DNA of 60,331 bases, the filler included, from Blastocystis sp. subtype 4 (lineage: Eukaryota), in NCBI RefSeq assembly GCF_000743755.1. It is 3 parts of 3 records of this genome, joined end to end, with 100 filler letters (N's around TTAATTAATTAA, not from the genome) between each part and the next. Parts side by side here need not be neighbours in the genome. Positions count along the whole stretch, not along the records: positions 1 to 19,864 come from NW_014569342.1; positions 19,965 to 40,707 come from NW_014569341.1; 1 more part is not named here. One strand, written 5' to 3'. Positions 12,538 through 24,841 of this stretch are shown in pieces (the first letter of the stretch is position 1; every line of letters begins with the position of its first letter). The position numbers and the translations under genes are program-made. Below the pieces are notes generated by a model. It did not search any database and was not told where the DNA came from. It saw only the letters and a program-made list of their open reading frames with translations.

Positions 12538-14386
12538 ATGAATTCTACAGAAAGTGAAACGCATGAGGAGAAACGAGAAGAAGGAGTGGATGGCTCGAGT
12601 ACTCCTCAAGAACAAGTACACGTTTCACGTCGACTCGATGCAAACTCCAAGCGAGTGTTTATATCAATTCCTCGAAGCGACAGTTCCGGTGATGTATTCC
12701 AAGAAAGGTTACTATATCTTGTAGGCACATCGACAGCATACTGCACACAGATCCCATTGTAGTAGAGAAGATTCTCTTCAAGGAATACGAACTGATTCAT
12801 TAACAAATGTATTCATTCATGATGTATTTCCAGAATAGGTACAACAGGGATCACTTTCAATTTCTATGGTTCTTCCATCTTCTTTGAGTGATTCGTTCAA
12901 AACCAAGCCAGTCATGTTTGGGCGTATCTATAATGCGTAGCCTGGATCTCCAAGACGAGAAGTGTGTAATCAAGAGCAGTGGCGCGATTCAAACCCATCA
13001 ACAAAGGAAGCCTCAAATCTAATTCGAGATGAAAGAAACACGTTTCGAAATTGTGCCTTTGAATTGCTAGATATTATTGAGATCAATCAAAATCCTGCCC
13101 GTTTTGAACATGGTGCAGAGATTCTAAAGTGTGGAATCCTTCGTAAGAAAGCTTCTCATCCGTTTGTATCAACATGGAATCTGAAATACGTGATTGTCAC
13201 AATCGGAAAGTTAATTTGGTATCCTCTCCCTCCTTCCATGTTGTACACAGGCACTGTTGTGATTACAGATAAGATGCGAAAGAAACAACACGAAATGAGT
13301 AGATTCTCGAGGTAGCTGTGATATCTAGTATTGGATGAAAATACAGAGCCTCGATGTAGTTTGAGTCGAAAGAAGAATGTGAATCACGTATTTGACGTCA
13401 TTAACAAAGTGACAGAAATCAAGACAAATTTGAATATTGATTCAATCGAAGAGTTGGAGTCATATATCCAGCGTTCGTGTTGTTCACCGGCGGAACCATG
13501 TGTGTTCTTCACTGAATCGACAGAGTCATCTCGACCAATCGTTCGGGAGAAGGAGATGACAGTAGAGAAACACTTCATGTGTGCGAGTGATGAAGAGCGA
13601 GACAGCTGGCTACGAGCAATCCGCAATGCTCGGAAAGGCCGCAATAACGATCCCACAGTGTGGTTCAGTCAACGTGTGTTTATGGCAGTCCGAACCATTA
13701 TCACTCAAATCCATTCAGTAGAGGAATTGACACGAGTACTGAATGCTGTTGTGGGAATTCCTCTTCGAGTACCTGTATACTTCATTCAGAGCCTTACGTC
13801 AGGTGCTCGTGGTCCTGCTCACGATTCTCAGCTTAATCAAGTGATGCGTGACTTGGAGCGAGAAACCGTTATTTTAGGAGAACGGACATTCCAGGCAGTT
13901 CTGGGAGATAGTGATACTAATGGGTTTGCATCTAAGATTGTGTTTTTATTGATGGAGAGCATTCGGAGGAAAGATGAGAAATTGAAGTCGTGGGAATTGT
14001 TACGTTTTGCTCGGAATGTTCTGCTTCATACATATCGGAGTCAAACGGGAGGTGATTGCTATGATGCTTTAGAAGCGTTGATTCCGTCTGTATCATTGAT
14101 TCATATCATACCAAAGCAGATTAATGCTTCTAAGAACCCTATTCGAATCTCTGTAACGGATACAGTACCTACAGTGAATGATGTACAGGAATGTTTGAGG
14201 AATGATTGTTAGAATATGAACAAAGAAGGACCTTATGTGACTTCGAGTATTGATTCCTTTTTCGAGATCGTGGAATCGAAACAGAACCGAGTTCTGTTTT
14301 GTGTCAAAGCCACGGTCACTTCGGTGATCAGCAAGGATAATTTTGGAAATCCGTGGACACTAGAGTTGGTTATTAATAGTTTTTAA
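12538..14386 (+). CDS. PH-domain-containing protein
   Basis: ILKCGILRKKA...WNLKYVIVTIGKLIWY...FMCASDEERDSWLRAIRNA is a (split) PH domain; TAA at 14384-14386 is followed by TGTTTGTC. Confidence 0.7.
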
Positions 14387-14594
14387 TGTGTTTGTCAAAG
14401 TCACTCGTTGATGGATATCCGAAAATCGGCTTTATTTTGTATTATTGTCAAAGTATTAATCCTATTTCCCAAATTAGATTTCCATTATCAAGTGGTTATT
14501 CTGGGATTAGGATAGCTAGATATCACTTAATCTGTAAGAGCACTGTGTCAGGTTGATTGTGTAGACTTCACTAATCTGTTCTATATTTCAACAT

Positions 14595-15717
14595 ATGGAA
14601 GAGTTCTATAGGCCAACCTTAGCGAGGGCATACTATCAGTATCTTCTTTCACTTCTTTCACCAAATTGTGAAGTAGAACTCAAAGTTGTTCATTGAGTCA
14701 TAGGGCGTGGACCCTGTAATATATAATCTGTATTCGCGAGTTTCCCGTCCACAGATGCCTCTTTCTTCTTTTGTAATAAGGTATGTATAACTGGTGGGGT
14801 CCATTATTATTAGTCTATTTACTCAAATGAGTTGCAGTCTAGAAGTTTTTGTACTCTCTTTAGTGTATATAAGGAGGCTTCAGGATGTTTATCCTCAATT
14901 ATTCAATTCTGAATCGGCTCATACCATTGTGATGACTTCGTAAGAATTCAACGGACTGGTGACCTGTAGAGTCATGGTTGCTCACAAGTTCTTTGATGAG
15001 TCCTGCTACAAGACTGAATTTTATGCATATTTATCTTCCATGAATATCAGTGAGTTGAATACCGTGGAACGTAACTTCCTTCGTGAGCTTGGATTCTCCT
15101 TATTTGTCTCTCAAGACGAATATATTAATCAATATTCAGCATTAAAAGCTATTGTGTCATCGTTATGCGGAGGTAAGAGTGAATTAGAGGGTTCACGTGA
15201 AGAAAAAGTTATCTTACCCGCTCTAATCAAAGTTAGTGATTCTCATGGAGTGTCATCGTTACAATATCAATCGTACCCACAAGACACTGTTTGTCAATAT
15301 CATTATGAACAGTGGAAGCAGCAATCTCTCATGTTCATTCCTCCTATTATTCCTGTTCCTGTAACCATCGCAGTTGCATCAGTTCCTGTATATAGTGCTT
15401 CTTGCATTCACTCCTACAATTGTAATCCAGTCTCGACTATTCAGAAGCATCAGACAGTTTCCACACCAGACGAAAACATCAGTACGCGAGACTCTTTTAT
15501 TGGAATAAAGACGCAACCGTACTTTTCGGTTTGTATTCCAACCTACTCAAATTCGATCAACTATTGTCCACTCTCGCAACAAGCAATGCGCTTATTTTCC
15601 TGTTCTCAGTCTAATTATACATTCTATCCTCAGTCCTTTCCTTTCGTTGTTGTTCCTATTTTGAGGAATTCTTATCCAGCAGGTTGTTTTTCGGTCCAAA
15701 GACCATGTAGTTACTAG
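14595..15717 (+). CDS. Cyclin, PHO80/cyclin-P/U-like, with low-complexity tail
   Basis: CSLEVFVLSLVYIRRL...VMVAHKFFDESCYKTEFYAYLSSMNISELNTVERNFLRELGFSL is a cyclin box; start approximate. Confidence 0.75.
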
Positions 15718-15857
15718 GTATTGCATATAGCATATTATTAACAGTATATTACTTGAATTTGTGAGTGTTTATGGTGTATGGCTCATCAATACCCTTGTTC
15801 GTTGTTTGTTTGAATTCCCGTGGTTCTTCATTCTACATCTTTTCGTCAATTATTACG

Positions 15858-16135
15858 ATGCTGGCTAGATTTGTGCGAAAATTCCCTGTCCAGAGACTTG
15901 CTAGACTTGCTCACACAGAAGCAGCTTCAGAGGCTGCACCCAAGATGTTTGGAGTAAGGAACAGGGTATTGTAAATATTAGTTAGGGTAAACATGCGAGA
16001 GAAGAGTGGGAAATTCCTGTGTATGTTTTTATGGTTGGTGGAATTGCCATGGGTGTAATTGGTCTCTGGGCACAGAAGAACACGAGTATTGTGAGTTGGG
16101 CGAGAAGTAAGGCTGAGAAGAAGGAAGAGAACTAG
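15858..16135 (+). CDS. NDUFB11: NADH:ubiquinone oxidoreductase ESSS subunit (NDUFB11-like)
   Basis: Presequence MLARFVRKFPVQRLARL, then REEWEIPVY-TM-WAQKNTSIVSWARSKA, matching the ESSS pattern E.WE...Y...TM...WA. Confidence 0.65.
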
Positions 16136-16175
16136 TATATATACTGTAGGGTTGTTGCTCTTTGTTAACCCTAGG

Positions 16176-18614
16176 TCATGGAGTTGAAGTGATTATCTCA
16201 AATGCAATTATATATGTGTTTTCTTTCAAACAAACAATCGAATCAGTATCGTCACCCAAGATGGTGTCGATTTGTTCAAAAGTCATATCAAGACTCTGTA
16301 GATAGACCCGAAGTTTCTTCAGATTCTCTGGCGTATTCCTGAATACTGGTAATCGAATCTCGTTACTAGTTTCGCCTATAAGTTTCCGGATCATATTCTG
16401 AAGATACTGATAATCCTTCCCATCTCTTAGAGTGTTCAGGAAGAGTTTCTTTAACACTTCTTGTCTCCGCAGTGTGAGTGTATATCGACTCGGATCTCTG
16501 ACTTGAGAATCATTCACAGATTGAGAAGGAGATAAATTGGCTGGATGGTGTGATTGCTGCGAAGGTGGTAGTATATTGGCATGCTCAGATACTAGTTTCT
16601 TCGACTGTTTCAAGTCCTTTCCTTGAGATGGATTGGTTAATTCTTCAACCTCTTTAGCCCTCATCTGTTCTTTTGTCTTCTCTCGTAGTAAAGCAATTTC
16701 ATCCAACGAATAATCGTCAGTTACATCATATAATATCAAATCTTCATCAGATAACACCTCTGAAGGATCTAGATAGGTACTTGTCTCCATTCGTTTAGAA
16801 TCAGGTTGACATTTCTCAGATTGAGAATTATCAGAATTTGGACGAAGCTTTTCTTCAACTCCTTCAGCAAATAAAGAACAGAGAAGTGGACTTTCTGTAG
16901 GCAAACGCTTCCTTAGAGCAGCTCGTGCTCGCTTTTCCTTCATCAGAACCTCATCGCCTGCAGTACGATGAATGAAGGATTGATGAAAAACACTACAGAC
17001 TGGAGAGGGATATCGTAAGGACATGTCAGGTACATCCGATTGAGGAGTACGTAGCGTAGCAACAGGAGAATTCATTAACGCGTGTTCAGCGTCGTCAATT
17101 ACAACAGAACCAGTTGCCTTCTGTAGTCTCTGTCGGAGAGAATCACTCATCTTCTCCTCTCGATGCTCAAATTCCTTCTGTACTGCTCCCATCTGTGCAT
17201 ATATTGCAATATCGTCTCGATTGAAGAGAGCTCCTTCCAACATTCGATTTGACAGTAGATATTCCTCCATATTCTGTTCTTCAATTGATAAACGAGGTTG
17301 TTTCATAGAATAATGAGCTGATTTGGGTACCAGGGTCATTGTACGCGCAAATGCAAATCGTTTGAGAGATTGCAATTGATGACTGTAATGCAACTCTCGT
17401 CTACCAACATATTCTCCTTCTACTAATCGACCTTGCTCTGTATCAACGACAAATAGATGAGACTTATCCTGAGATAGATTCTGAATTGTTGGTGCTGATT
17501 CAGAAGGCCATGAAGGAGATAGCGAAATAGGATTACGGATTGTAGAATGGGACGAAATATCCTCGGAAGGAACCAAAAACTACATTTCAAGAGAGAAGAT
17601 ATCCTTACTCGAATAACTCCTAATGTGGAGCCAGTAATCACACACTCATCTATTGCAAAGAGAGAAGAAATTAACTCTTTCTCTTCCTGATCAACGATCA
17701 TACACTTATCACAAAAACTCCACAGCTAGGTTTGAAGATAATTGGACGACATACTTGGATTCTATTGGTCGATGTCAGAACACAAAGAAAACCAATGAAG
17801 AGAGACAGACGGATTCCTGAAGCGGATAAAGCTGGAATCACTGTCTTAATGTCACCTGAATCGATATTCAATTCCAGAACCCGACAAGAATTTGTCGCAT
17901 CCATACACGAAAGAAACACTTTGTCATTAGTGCAAAAGGAAGAAAGACATGATGAACCTATTGAAAAGTAATGATTCACAGAGAGTGTATCACGAATATC
18001 ACTCTCCAAAGCAATCTCCTAGAATTGATCTTGCTTCCACAATCATACGGTAACAGTACCAGTAGAATCGATAATCCCCATTCCATTCGTGCAGGGGTAG
18101 ATACCTACTACAGGAACATGAATGCCATCGTACACTCCAATTACGTCACCAGATATATCAAAAACCTAAAAGTTATGATGACTTTCCGTTTCTACAGAGA
18201 TGTAAGAGTCGCGAAACACACACACAATGTTGTAATTGATCATGCGAACAAGCTGAATAGAAGAAGAGTCATTCACTTTGATTGTACAAAAGAGTTCTCT
18301 CTGATCTAGCTTATATACCTATACTTCAAACGAAACAAAATAACCAACAAATACTAAGGAGTTCGATGTAGCTGCAATAAGCCATTCATTGAATAAGTAA
18401 TAATCAACAAACGTGGAGTCTGTAGCTTTCAGTAATGGAGAGCACACGCCAGTTTCAAGATCAATGTACTACAAAAATAAAGTCGGATACAATAAAATAC
18501 ATAGAAAGTTGACGAATCACACATCAAAAGGAGCATGGATTCATAACGCTGAATATCCCGAACACAAACCTTCTCGGGTATGGAAACAGATTTCCCTTCA
18601 TTCAGCTTGTACAT
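16176..18614 (-). CDS. Large hypothetical protein; N-terminal beta-rich (possible propeller) multi-exon region and long last exon
   Basis: Exons from MYKLNEGK (18614) splice through ~30-nt introns into the 466-aa ORF 16176-17576. Confidence 0.55.
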
Positions 18615-18704
18615 ATTGCTCTTTTTCGAGATGTGGAGGTATAACAAAATCGAGGGAGTTTTTGTCAAACAAACAAATGAACTAAGAAAAGACAATACAG
18701 CAAC

Positions 18705-19514
18705 TTATTCATCACCCTCCATCTTTGGAGCAAGATAGAAACAAAGTGAACCCAATCCTTCAATTCCATATTCTACTTTCACAGGCATATCTCTAGTCAA
18801 TGTCAATTTCACATTATCAGAAAGAGGAGTCGCTTTTGCAAACATTGACAAATAACGAAGAGCAAACCGTTGTTCAATCACTTCACGCATTTCAATATGA
18901 ACACCCGAATTACCATCTGCAGAATCACTAGGACGAAGCATTACACTTCCTTTACCAACATCACCTTCAACACTAAAACGAACTCCTTCTTTCGTTACAC
19001 TTATAGCACAAGAATCTCCAAGAGTACTCAAATCACGACATAGACGTTGAAATTCATTTGCTGAAAGAGTTATCACTGCTTGAGCTTCTTCTTCAGGAAT
19101 TGTAAGATGTTCAGCTTCCAATTCAATCAATTTCAATTCAAAGTCACTGATACGATCAGCATCTTCATTCTCAAATACAAGACTCAAATAGTCTCCACTG
19201 TCTTCAGCTTTCAAAGTGATTGTATCATGAGAATCTGCACATTTCAGAACTTTTGCAATTGAACTCATCTTCAATCCCATTGTCAAAGCAGTATCACAAC
19301 GATAGTGACTGAAACCATCCTTTCGTAATACAAGAGTGATTAGAGACACATGAGATGAATCCATTGCCTGAATCATCAATTATAGTACACTTTCACTTAC
19401 TTGAACAGAGATCTCGTTGTTTGAACATTCAAAATTAGCATCCATAACAAGATCTTTCATTGCATCAATTATCAACTTCAATACACTTCCTTGTGTTAAG
19501 CGAGCTTCGAACAT
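18705..19514 (-). CDS. PCNA: Proliferating cell nuclear antigen
   Basis: MFEARLTQGSVLK...QAMDSSHVSL...FYLAPK; one ~30-nt intron in the CDS. Confidence 0.97.
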
Positions 19515-19864
19515 CCTTTCTAAAGAATTCTTAGTATCACAAATCATTACAATCAGTCAATTTTAACTTACATGTTCAAAATGAATGAATAGATGAATAG
19601 AATGGAATAATTAGTGGAATGAGAATAGAAAAGAGCGGGAGAAATGGCGCGAATTAGATTTGATTATGAATTGAAATGGAAGTATTGAATGATATCCAAT
19701 TGTTCAATCTTTCTATCTTCGATATGATATGATTTGATATGATTTGATATCAAACTGTATTTAGGAAAGTATAAGACTTGATTTTGTTGTTATGATATGT
19801 ATTCTTGATGATATTATACTCAAACCAGAACAAATTCATATCAGCATATATTTACACAACAAAC

Positions 19865-19964
19865 NNNNNNNNNNNNNNNNNNNNNNNNNNNNNNNNNNNN
19901 NNNNNNNNTTAATTAATTAANNNNNNNNNNNNNNNNNNNNNNNNNNNNNNNNNNNNNNNNNNNN
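19865..19964. other. Artificial contig joiner (N44-TTAATTAATTAA-N44)
   Basis: 100-nt spacer with a linker that has stops in all frames; an identical spacer is at 40708-40807. Confidence 0.97.
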
Positions 19965-20066
19965 TGGGTGGTTGTTGACGGTAAGGTGATGGGTGAATCT
20001 GATGACTTCATTACTATGGTTTGTGATGCTTACACTGGTGAGAAGCCTGCTTCTTGCAAGAAGTAA
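19965..20066 (+). CDS. 3' fragment of GILT-like (IFI30) lysosomal thiol reductase
   Basis: WVVVDGKVMGESDDFITMVCDAYTGEKPASCKK* matches the GILT C-terminal pattern PW(V)..(D/N)G.....C..Y.G..P..C; 5' part lost at the gap. Confidence 0.65.
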   Translation, partial: WVVVDGKVMGESDDFITMVCDAYTGEKPASCKK

Positions 20067-20434
20067 TGTTGTTCTTAGTTGTTTGTAAGAAACCTAGTAT
20101 AATAGAAATTGATCAATCTATCATTCGTGTGACTTGGTAATATGGTAGCACCTCACGAATTTGCTATACTTACAAAGCACTGTATCAGATCAAGAGATGA
20201 TTTCATAACTGATAGTATGAGATGCCATAATCGTAAGGAGTATACTGACAAGTTCGAACGGATTGGGATTTGAAATTTGAATAGTATTTGAGTGTTAGCT
20301 ACATATACATTTATTATGGAAATAATACGGTAATTGGGGTATTATTGTGGAAAAGTACCTTATTTATTCCTTCATCACAATTTGGTTCGAAAGAAGTAGG
20401 TATTATAGGTGCCGTCATCACAAATAGTTTGACG

Positions 20435-20951
20435 ATGCAAATCTTCGTTAAGACACTTACTGGTAAGGCTTAATACTGGATAGTTAGTGCATTAGGAAAG
20501 ACCATCACTTTGGACGTTGAGTCCTCGGATACCATCGAGAACGTGAAGGCCAAGATTCAGGACAAGGAGGGAATTCCCCCAGATCAGCAGCGTCTGATCT
20601 TCGCTGGAAAGCAGCTTGAGGACGGCCGCACTCTGTCAGATTATAACATTCAGAAGGAGTCAACTCTGCATCTGGTTCTTCGTCTGCGTGGAGGTGGCAA
20701 GGTCCATGGTTCTCTGACTCGTGCTGGAAAGGTGCGAAACCAGACTCCTAAGGTGGAGAAGCAGGAGAAGGGAAAGTCCCATGTGGGTCGTGCTAAGGTG
20801 AGTTGTGAGTGGACTGGTTGAATTGTAGAAGAGAGAGCAGTACAACAGACGTTATGTGAATGTTGTGCTTGCTCCTGGTGCCAAGAGAGTGGGTCCCAAC
20901 AACTTCGCTGCTCGTCAGGCTCGTATGGAGGCTGCTGCTAAGAAGGAATAA
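20435..20951 (+). CDS. RPS30: Ubiquitin-40S ribosomal protein S30 (eS30) fusion
   Basis: Canonical ubiquitin [11 protein letters not shown]...LRLRGG directly followed by [20 protein letters not shown]...QYNRRY...GPN; two introns. Confidence 0.95.
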
Positions 20952-21021
20952 AGTGTGTTGTGGCAGGTTCTTTTGGACTGTTTTTGTTTGTTTGAAGTAC
21001 ATGTAGATGAAGAAAAAGAAA

Positions 21022-21095
21022 CTCTCCCAGACGGGCTTGAACCGTCGACCTTGCGGTTAACAGCCGCACGCTCTAACCAACTGAGCTATGGAAGA
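21022..21095 (-). tRNA. tRNA-Asn (GTT)
   Basis: TCTTCCA-TAGCTCAGTTGGTTAGAGC-G-TGCGG-CTGTTAA-CCGCA-AGGTC-GACGG-TTCAAGC-CCGTC-TGGGAGA-G folds as a cloverleaf with anticodon GTT. Confidence 0.95.
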
Positions 21096-21156
21096 CCTAT
21101 TAGAGTATTCTTCTTCATCTATAAATAACTGTTAACAAACAATATCAAGTAGAAAG

Positions 21157-22197
21157 CTAATATGTAGTTGATGGCCTTTTATTTATATCTTCTCTTCGCA
21201 ATCTCTGCATACACAGGACCCTATTTTTGTTCCAGGAGTACTTTACAGGATGGACATGTACACAATCCACTATTCTAGGCATATAACCATGATTACAGTC
21301 AATAACTTCAGTTGCATTGAGACATGAAAGAATATTGGGAACAGCTAACTCAAGGAAATTGCGATTCTTAAAAAAGACATCTTCAAGCCTCAGGAAAAAA
21401 GGCATGTCTCTTTCACAAATATAGAAGAAATCTGACCATCCCTTATAGGTTTGATTATGATAGAAAGGACAACGATTGATAACTTCCTCATCGGACTCAA
21501 GTTGCTTTATCGTGTCGAATAAGGCATCTGGAAATCGTACATCATTCGAATTCTTCATCATATTCCACATCCACTTTTGAGAAGGTTCCCATTTGTTTAT
21601 AGGTTCACTCATACTTGTACTATGATCGTAATTGTTCAGAAAAATAGGATCAACACAACTGTCATCGTTCATTACAAAATAGCCAATATAATGAAATCCC
21701 TGCTTCGGGGACAGCAACGAATAAGCTACTGTAAGAGAATGATATGAATAATATCCTTTCTCAGGTAACTGGTTGCTCACAATATTGTTCTTGTCGTCTG
21801 AAGAAGGTCCAATCATAATGACATCAAAATCATACTTGTAATGCTTTGCAAATTCAGGGAAGTATTCATTTTCAATGAATGGTACCCCCGAATACAATAC
21901 AAAATGAAAGTTGACCACAAATAAGATGATTTTCTTCTTCTTGTATTCTGAGAAATTGATTTGACTATTCGTAACTAGAGTATGATTGCGAAATCTCAAT
22001 AGTTTCTCATACACAGACTTTTCGTGTTTATCAACTATCGTGTCTTTCACAAGTTGTAGTGAAGAATCAAAAATACCGAATGACTCAGAGACAGAAGGTA
22101 ACAGGGCCCGCCTTGTACTGATAAAACAATAAACGAATGCAAGAAGAAGATACAGTAAACGTTGTATTATCATTGTGCAAGAATGATAAGGAGGCAT
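21157..22197 (-). CDS. Intronless type II membrane protein, putative glycosyltransferase (DUF288/STELLO-like C-terminal motifs)
   Basis: N-terminal TM; motifs GYFVMNDD, WSDFFYI, FLELAVP and HPVK; first ATG at 22197. Confidence 0.55.
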   Translation of the reverse strand: MPPYHSCTMIIQRLLYLLLAFVYCFISTRRALLPSVSESFGIFDSSLQLVKDTIVDKHEKSVYEKLLRFRNHTLVTNSQINFSEYKKKKIILFVVNFHFVLYSGVPFIENEYFPEFAKHYKYDFDVIMIGPSSDDKNNIVSNQLPEKGYYSYHSLTVAYSLLSPKQGFHYIGYFVMNDDSCVDPIFLNNYDHSTSMSEPINKWEPSQKWMWNMMKNSNDVRFPDALFDTIKQLESDEEVINRCPFYHNQTYKGWSDFFYICERDMPFFLRLEDVFFKNRNFLELAVPNILSCLNATEVIDCNHGYMPRIVDCVHVHPVKYSWNKNRVLCMQRLRREDINKRPSTTY

Positions 22198-22244
22198 TGC
22201 GGACCCAAAAAAGGAGTCGCCCATTATTGGGCTATTCAAGATTG

Positions 22245-23277
22245 ATGCAGAAGCGTGGTATTGTCGTTATAAGTATCTTTTGTCATCGAAATCGTTGATT
22301 CTGTAGATCTTCCGTATTTCTTTGGCGACAATGATCTCTACGATTTGTTTAGTAAATGTGGAAAAATAGATAATTATATGGTTACAATGAGTTGATGGAG
22401 TAATAGGAAGGTATTAAAGACTGGTCCGATCAATACACTTCATGATGGAGGAATTGTCATTTTTCAGAATGAAATGTCTGTCGAATTTGCACTGAATATG
22501 AACGAATCAGTTGTATTACATAGTCGTGATGAGGAATAGGTCGTTGGTGGGCAGTGTATCCATGTGTTTCCTATCACGGATGATCTTAAGGAGACATTGT
22601 ACAAGTTGAATATCCCTTTTTTTCGTGATCCCAATGTCCCTGTCGAATCAATATCCAAATCTACACCAGTTTCCATTCCACCAGTTGTTCAAGATACAAC
22701 AGAGACTCACTCTGGTAAAGAGGAAAAAGTAGTCTCATTGACCAAATTACGTATGAGTGGTTTGTACTGTATTTCAGATTGAGAGATAGGTTTAAAGATA
22801 GGAGTAACAGAGAAAGAGATTCGAGATGGATGTGCCATGGTGAAGGGACTTGCAAGTGTGGTTATTATGAATCCTCGGAAACCAAAAGATGGTATCATTG
22901 CGATGTTGGAATTCGGAACTCCTGAGTTGAGGGACATCGCCTTACAGAAATTGAGGAAGTGTGTTATTAACGACACTGTTGTTACTGTAAAACCATGGAA
23001 AGAGAGACCATCTCGAAAACAACGAAATACAATGAAAGAGTCAAATTCCTCCGATTCTGGGAAGAGTGTTGAAAAGGGAAAAACTGCTTCAGACCGTAGA
23101 AGAAATTCTTTCGATCGTGGAAGAGGATCACTAGAACGCAGACGGTCCTTTGAACATGGAAGAAATAGTCCTGATTACAGAAACAGTTCACCCGAACGAG
23201 GAAGGTTTTCTCCTCGGAATCGATCGTATTCACCTGCAAGGAGTCGTAGTCGAAGTGGGAGTTATGAAAGACGGTAG
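22245..23277 (+). CDS. Two-RRM, RS-domain splicing-factor-like protein
   Basis: DLPYFFGDNDLYDLFSKCGKI (RRM1), a second RRM, and an RS-rich tail (SPARSRSRSGSYERR). Confidence 0.7.
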
Positions 23278-23314
23278 TGTATGTTTAGAATTCGTTTTGA
23301 ATGTTTGTTTTGTG

Positions 23315-24819
23315 ATGTTCTCCCAAATTGTCAAATCTGTATTCCGGTCGACACTACGTAAAGCATCTGTTTTCGATAAACAACCCATTCTGAAAGTAAG
23401 TCCACTTCAATGCTTGTTCTTTTGTAGTGTCTTGTATCTGTTGATTCATTCCGACTGTATTATGAGAAATCTGAAGATAAGTCTCACAAGGAACAAGACT
23501 TTTGTGAGGAACTCATTTCACGCTTTTTGGAGTAATGTTTTCACAAGCTTATGAGTCATAGTAATAAGACATACTATTCATTCAACAAATCAATGAAAGG
23601 ATTTCTACAAGAGGTGATGCATGAACCCGTTTATGAAGAAGATATCGAATTGTGATTTTATGGATTGAATATAATCGTTAGTCGTTTAGGAACATTGATT
23701 CGTATGACTGATTATCTTGAATACCAAATCCAGTACTGTAAAAGTAAGAAATACCTAGATACTGATTCAGTTATTCCTGCACCTCGTGAATGTAACGAAT
23801 TTTTCATCAACATAATCTGTAGTACGACTTCTCTACGATAATGTTGAGCCGTCGCTACTAAAAGACAGTATCAAAAATTACTCGGGAGTACTTCTTCTTC
23901 AGAATCCTTCTCAACTTCTTCAATTTGAGCAATTAGGTGCAGATCATGATACACTCTTCAGATCAATGTTATCATCGATCGTATTTATCCTTCAATCTTT
24001 GATATACAGATGTATCCTTTAGAACGAATCAATCAGACATATCAAACCATTTTCATTAGCGAGTTTCATTCAATTGATTGGATCTCATTTTGTAGTGTTC
24101 AACCACCAGCAAGAGAATCATTATCAATCAAAGAATCAATTCTTAAGATTGCAATGGAGTTAAAGGCAAGTCAAATACCATTATCATCTTCAAAAGTTGC
24201 AGAAAACCATCGTCAGCACTTCAGTGTTCTCGATCCTTCCCTTCAGAAGGAAGTGGATGCTAATCAGCTTCCTACCAAATCATCGAGTATGGATGAATTA
24301 TTACACCGAAAGGAAGAGGAAGAGCAGAGCAGAGCTATTAGTGATACATATTGTCTTCATCATACTATCATTGGGAAACAATTCAATAATCCTGTTGTCT
24401 TGTTTGACCATCAGGTCCTTCCTCATCCTACTGATATCCAAGCTGTTTCTGTTAACTCTCAAGTATCATCAACTCTTGCTTATGAACGAGTATTGGCAGC
24501 TTTCTCAGAGGGCGAAAAGACTCAAAGTATCCCTGTATGCTTGGCGTGTTGTTCTCGTATACTAACATATCCTCAATCAGAAATGAATTAGAATCTTAAC
24601 AGTAGTGATAAGGAGATTCAACGAGGGATCGACAATCATGAGTTGATTCCTATCAATGTGAAATCGATCAAGGAATTACTGTTTGATGGTAGATATGGGA
24701 TTGTGATTAGACTGTAGGAGGACTGAATCGTCGAACAATTTATCCAAATCTTATCAAACGATTAGGAGGAGAATTCACTTTATGTGCCGATGTCATATAC
24801 AAACTGCTTTTAGGAATTT
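23315..24819 (+). CDS. Hypothetical protein with possible mitochondrial presequence; stop probably completed by poly(A)
   Basis: MFSQIVKSVFRSTLRKAS start; multi-exon; last exon ...KLLLGI + T24819, 4 nt before TGTTTATT. Confidence 0.5.
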
Positions 24820-24841
24820 CATTTGTTTATTCACAAACACT

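Noticed and set aside
19720..19752. GATAT/GATTT short tandem repeats upstream of PCNA
   Set aside because: Low-complexity AT-rich microsatellite near a contig end with no supportable function.
19865..19964. TTAATTAATTAA palindrome inside N-runs (also 40708-40807)
   Set aside because: Synthetic contig linker. Adjacency across it is not biological evidence.
20195..20250. Possible C/D snoRNA (ATGATTT...CTGA...CTGA) upstream of the ubiquitin fusion
   Set aside because: Poor C box and no recognisable rRNA-antisense guide.
21022..21095. U1-A72 first pair of tRNA-Asn as a sign of bacterial origin
   Set aside because: A single base pair is not enough evidence; the gene has no encoded CCA and has normal internal A/B boxes.
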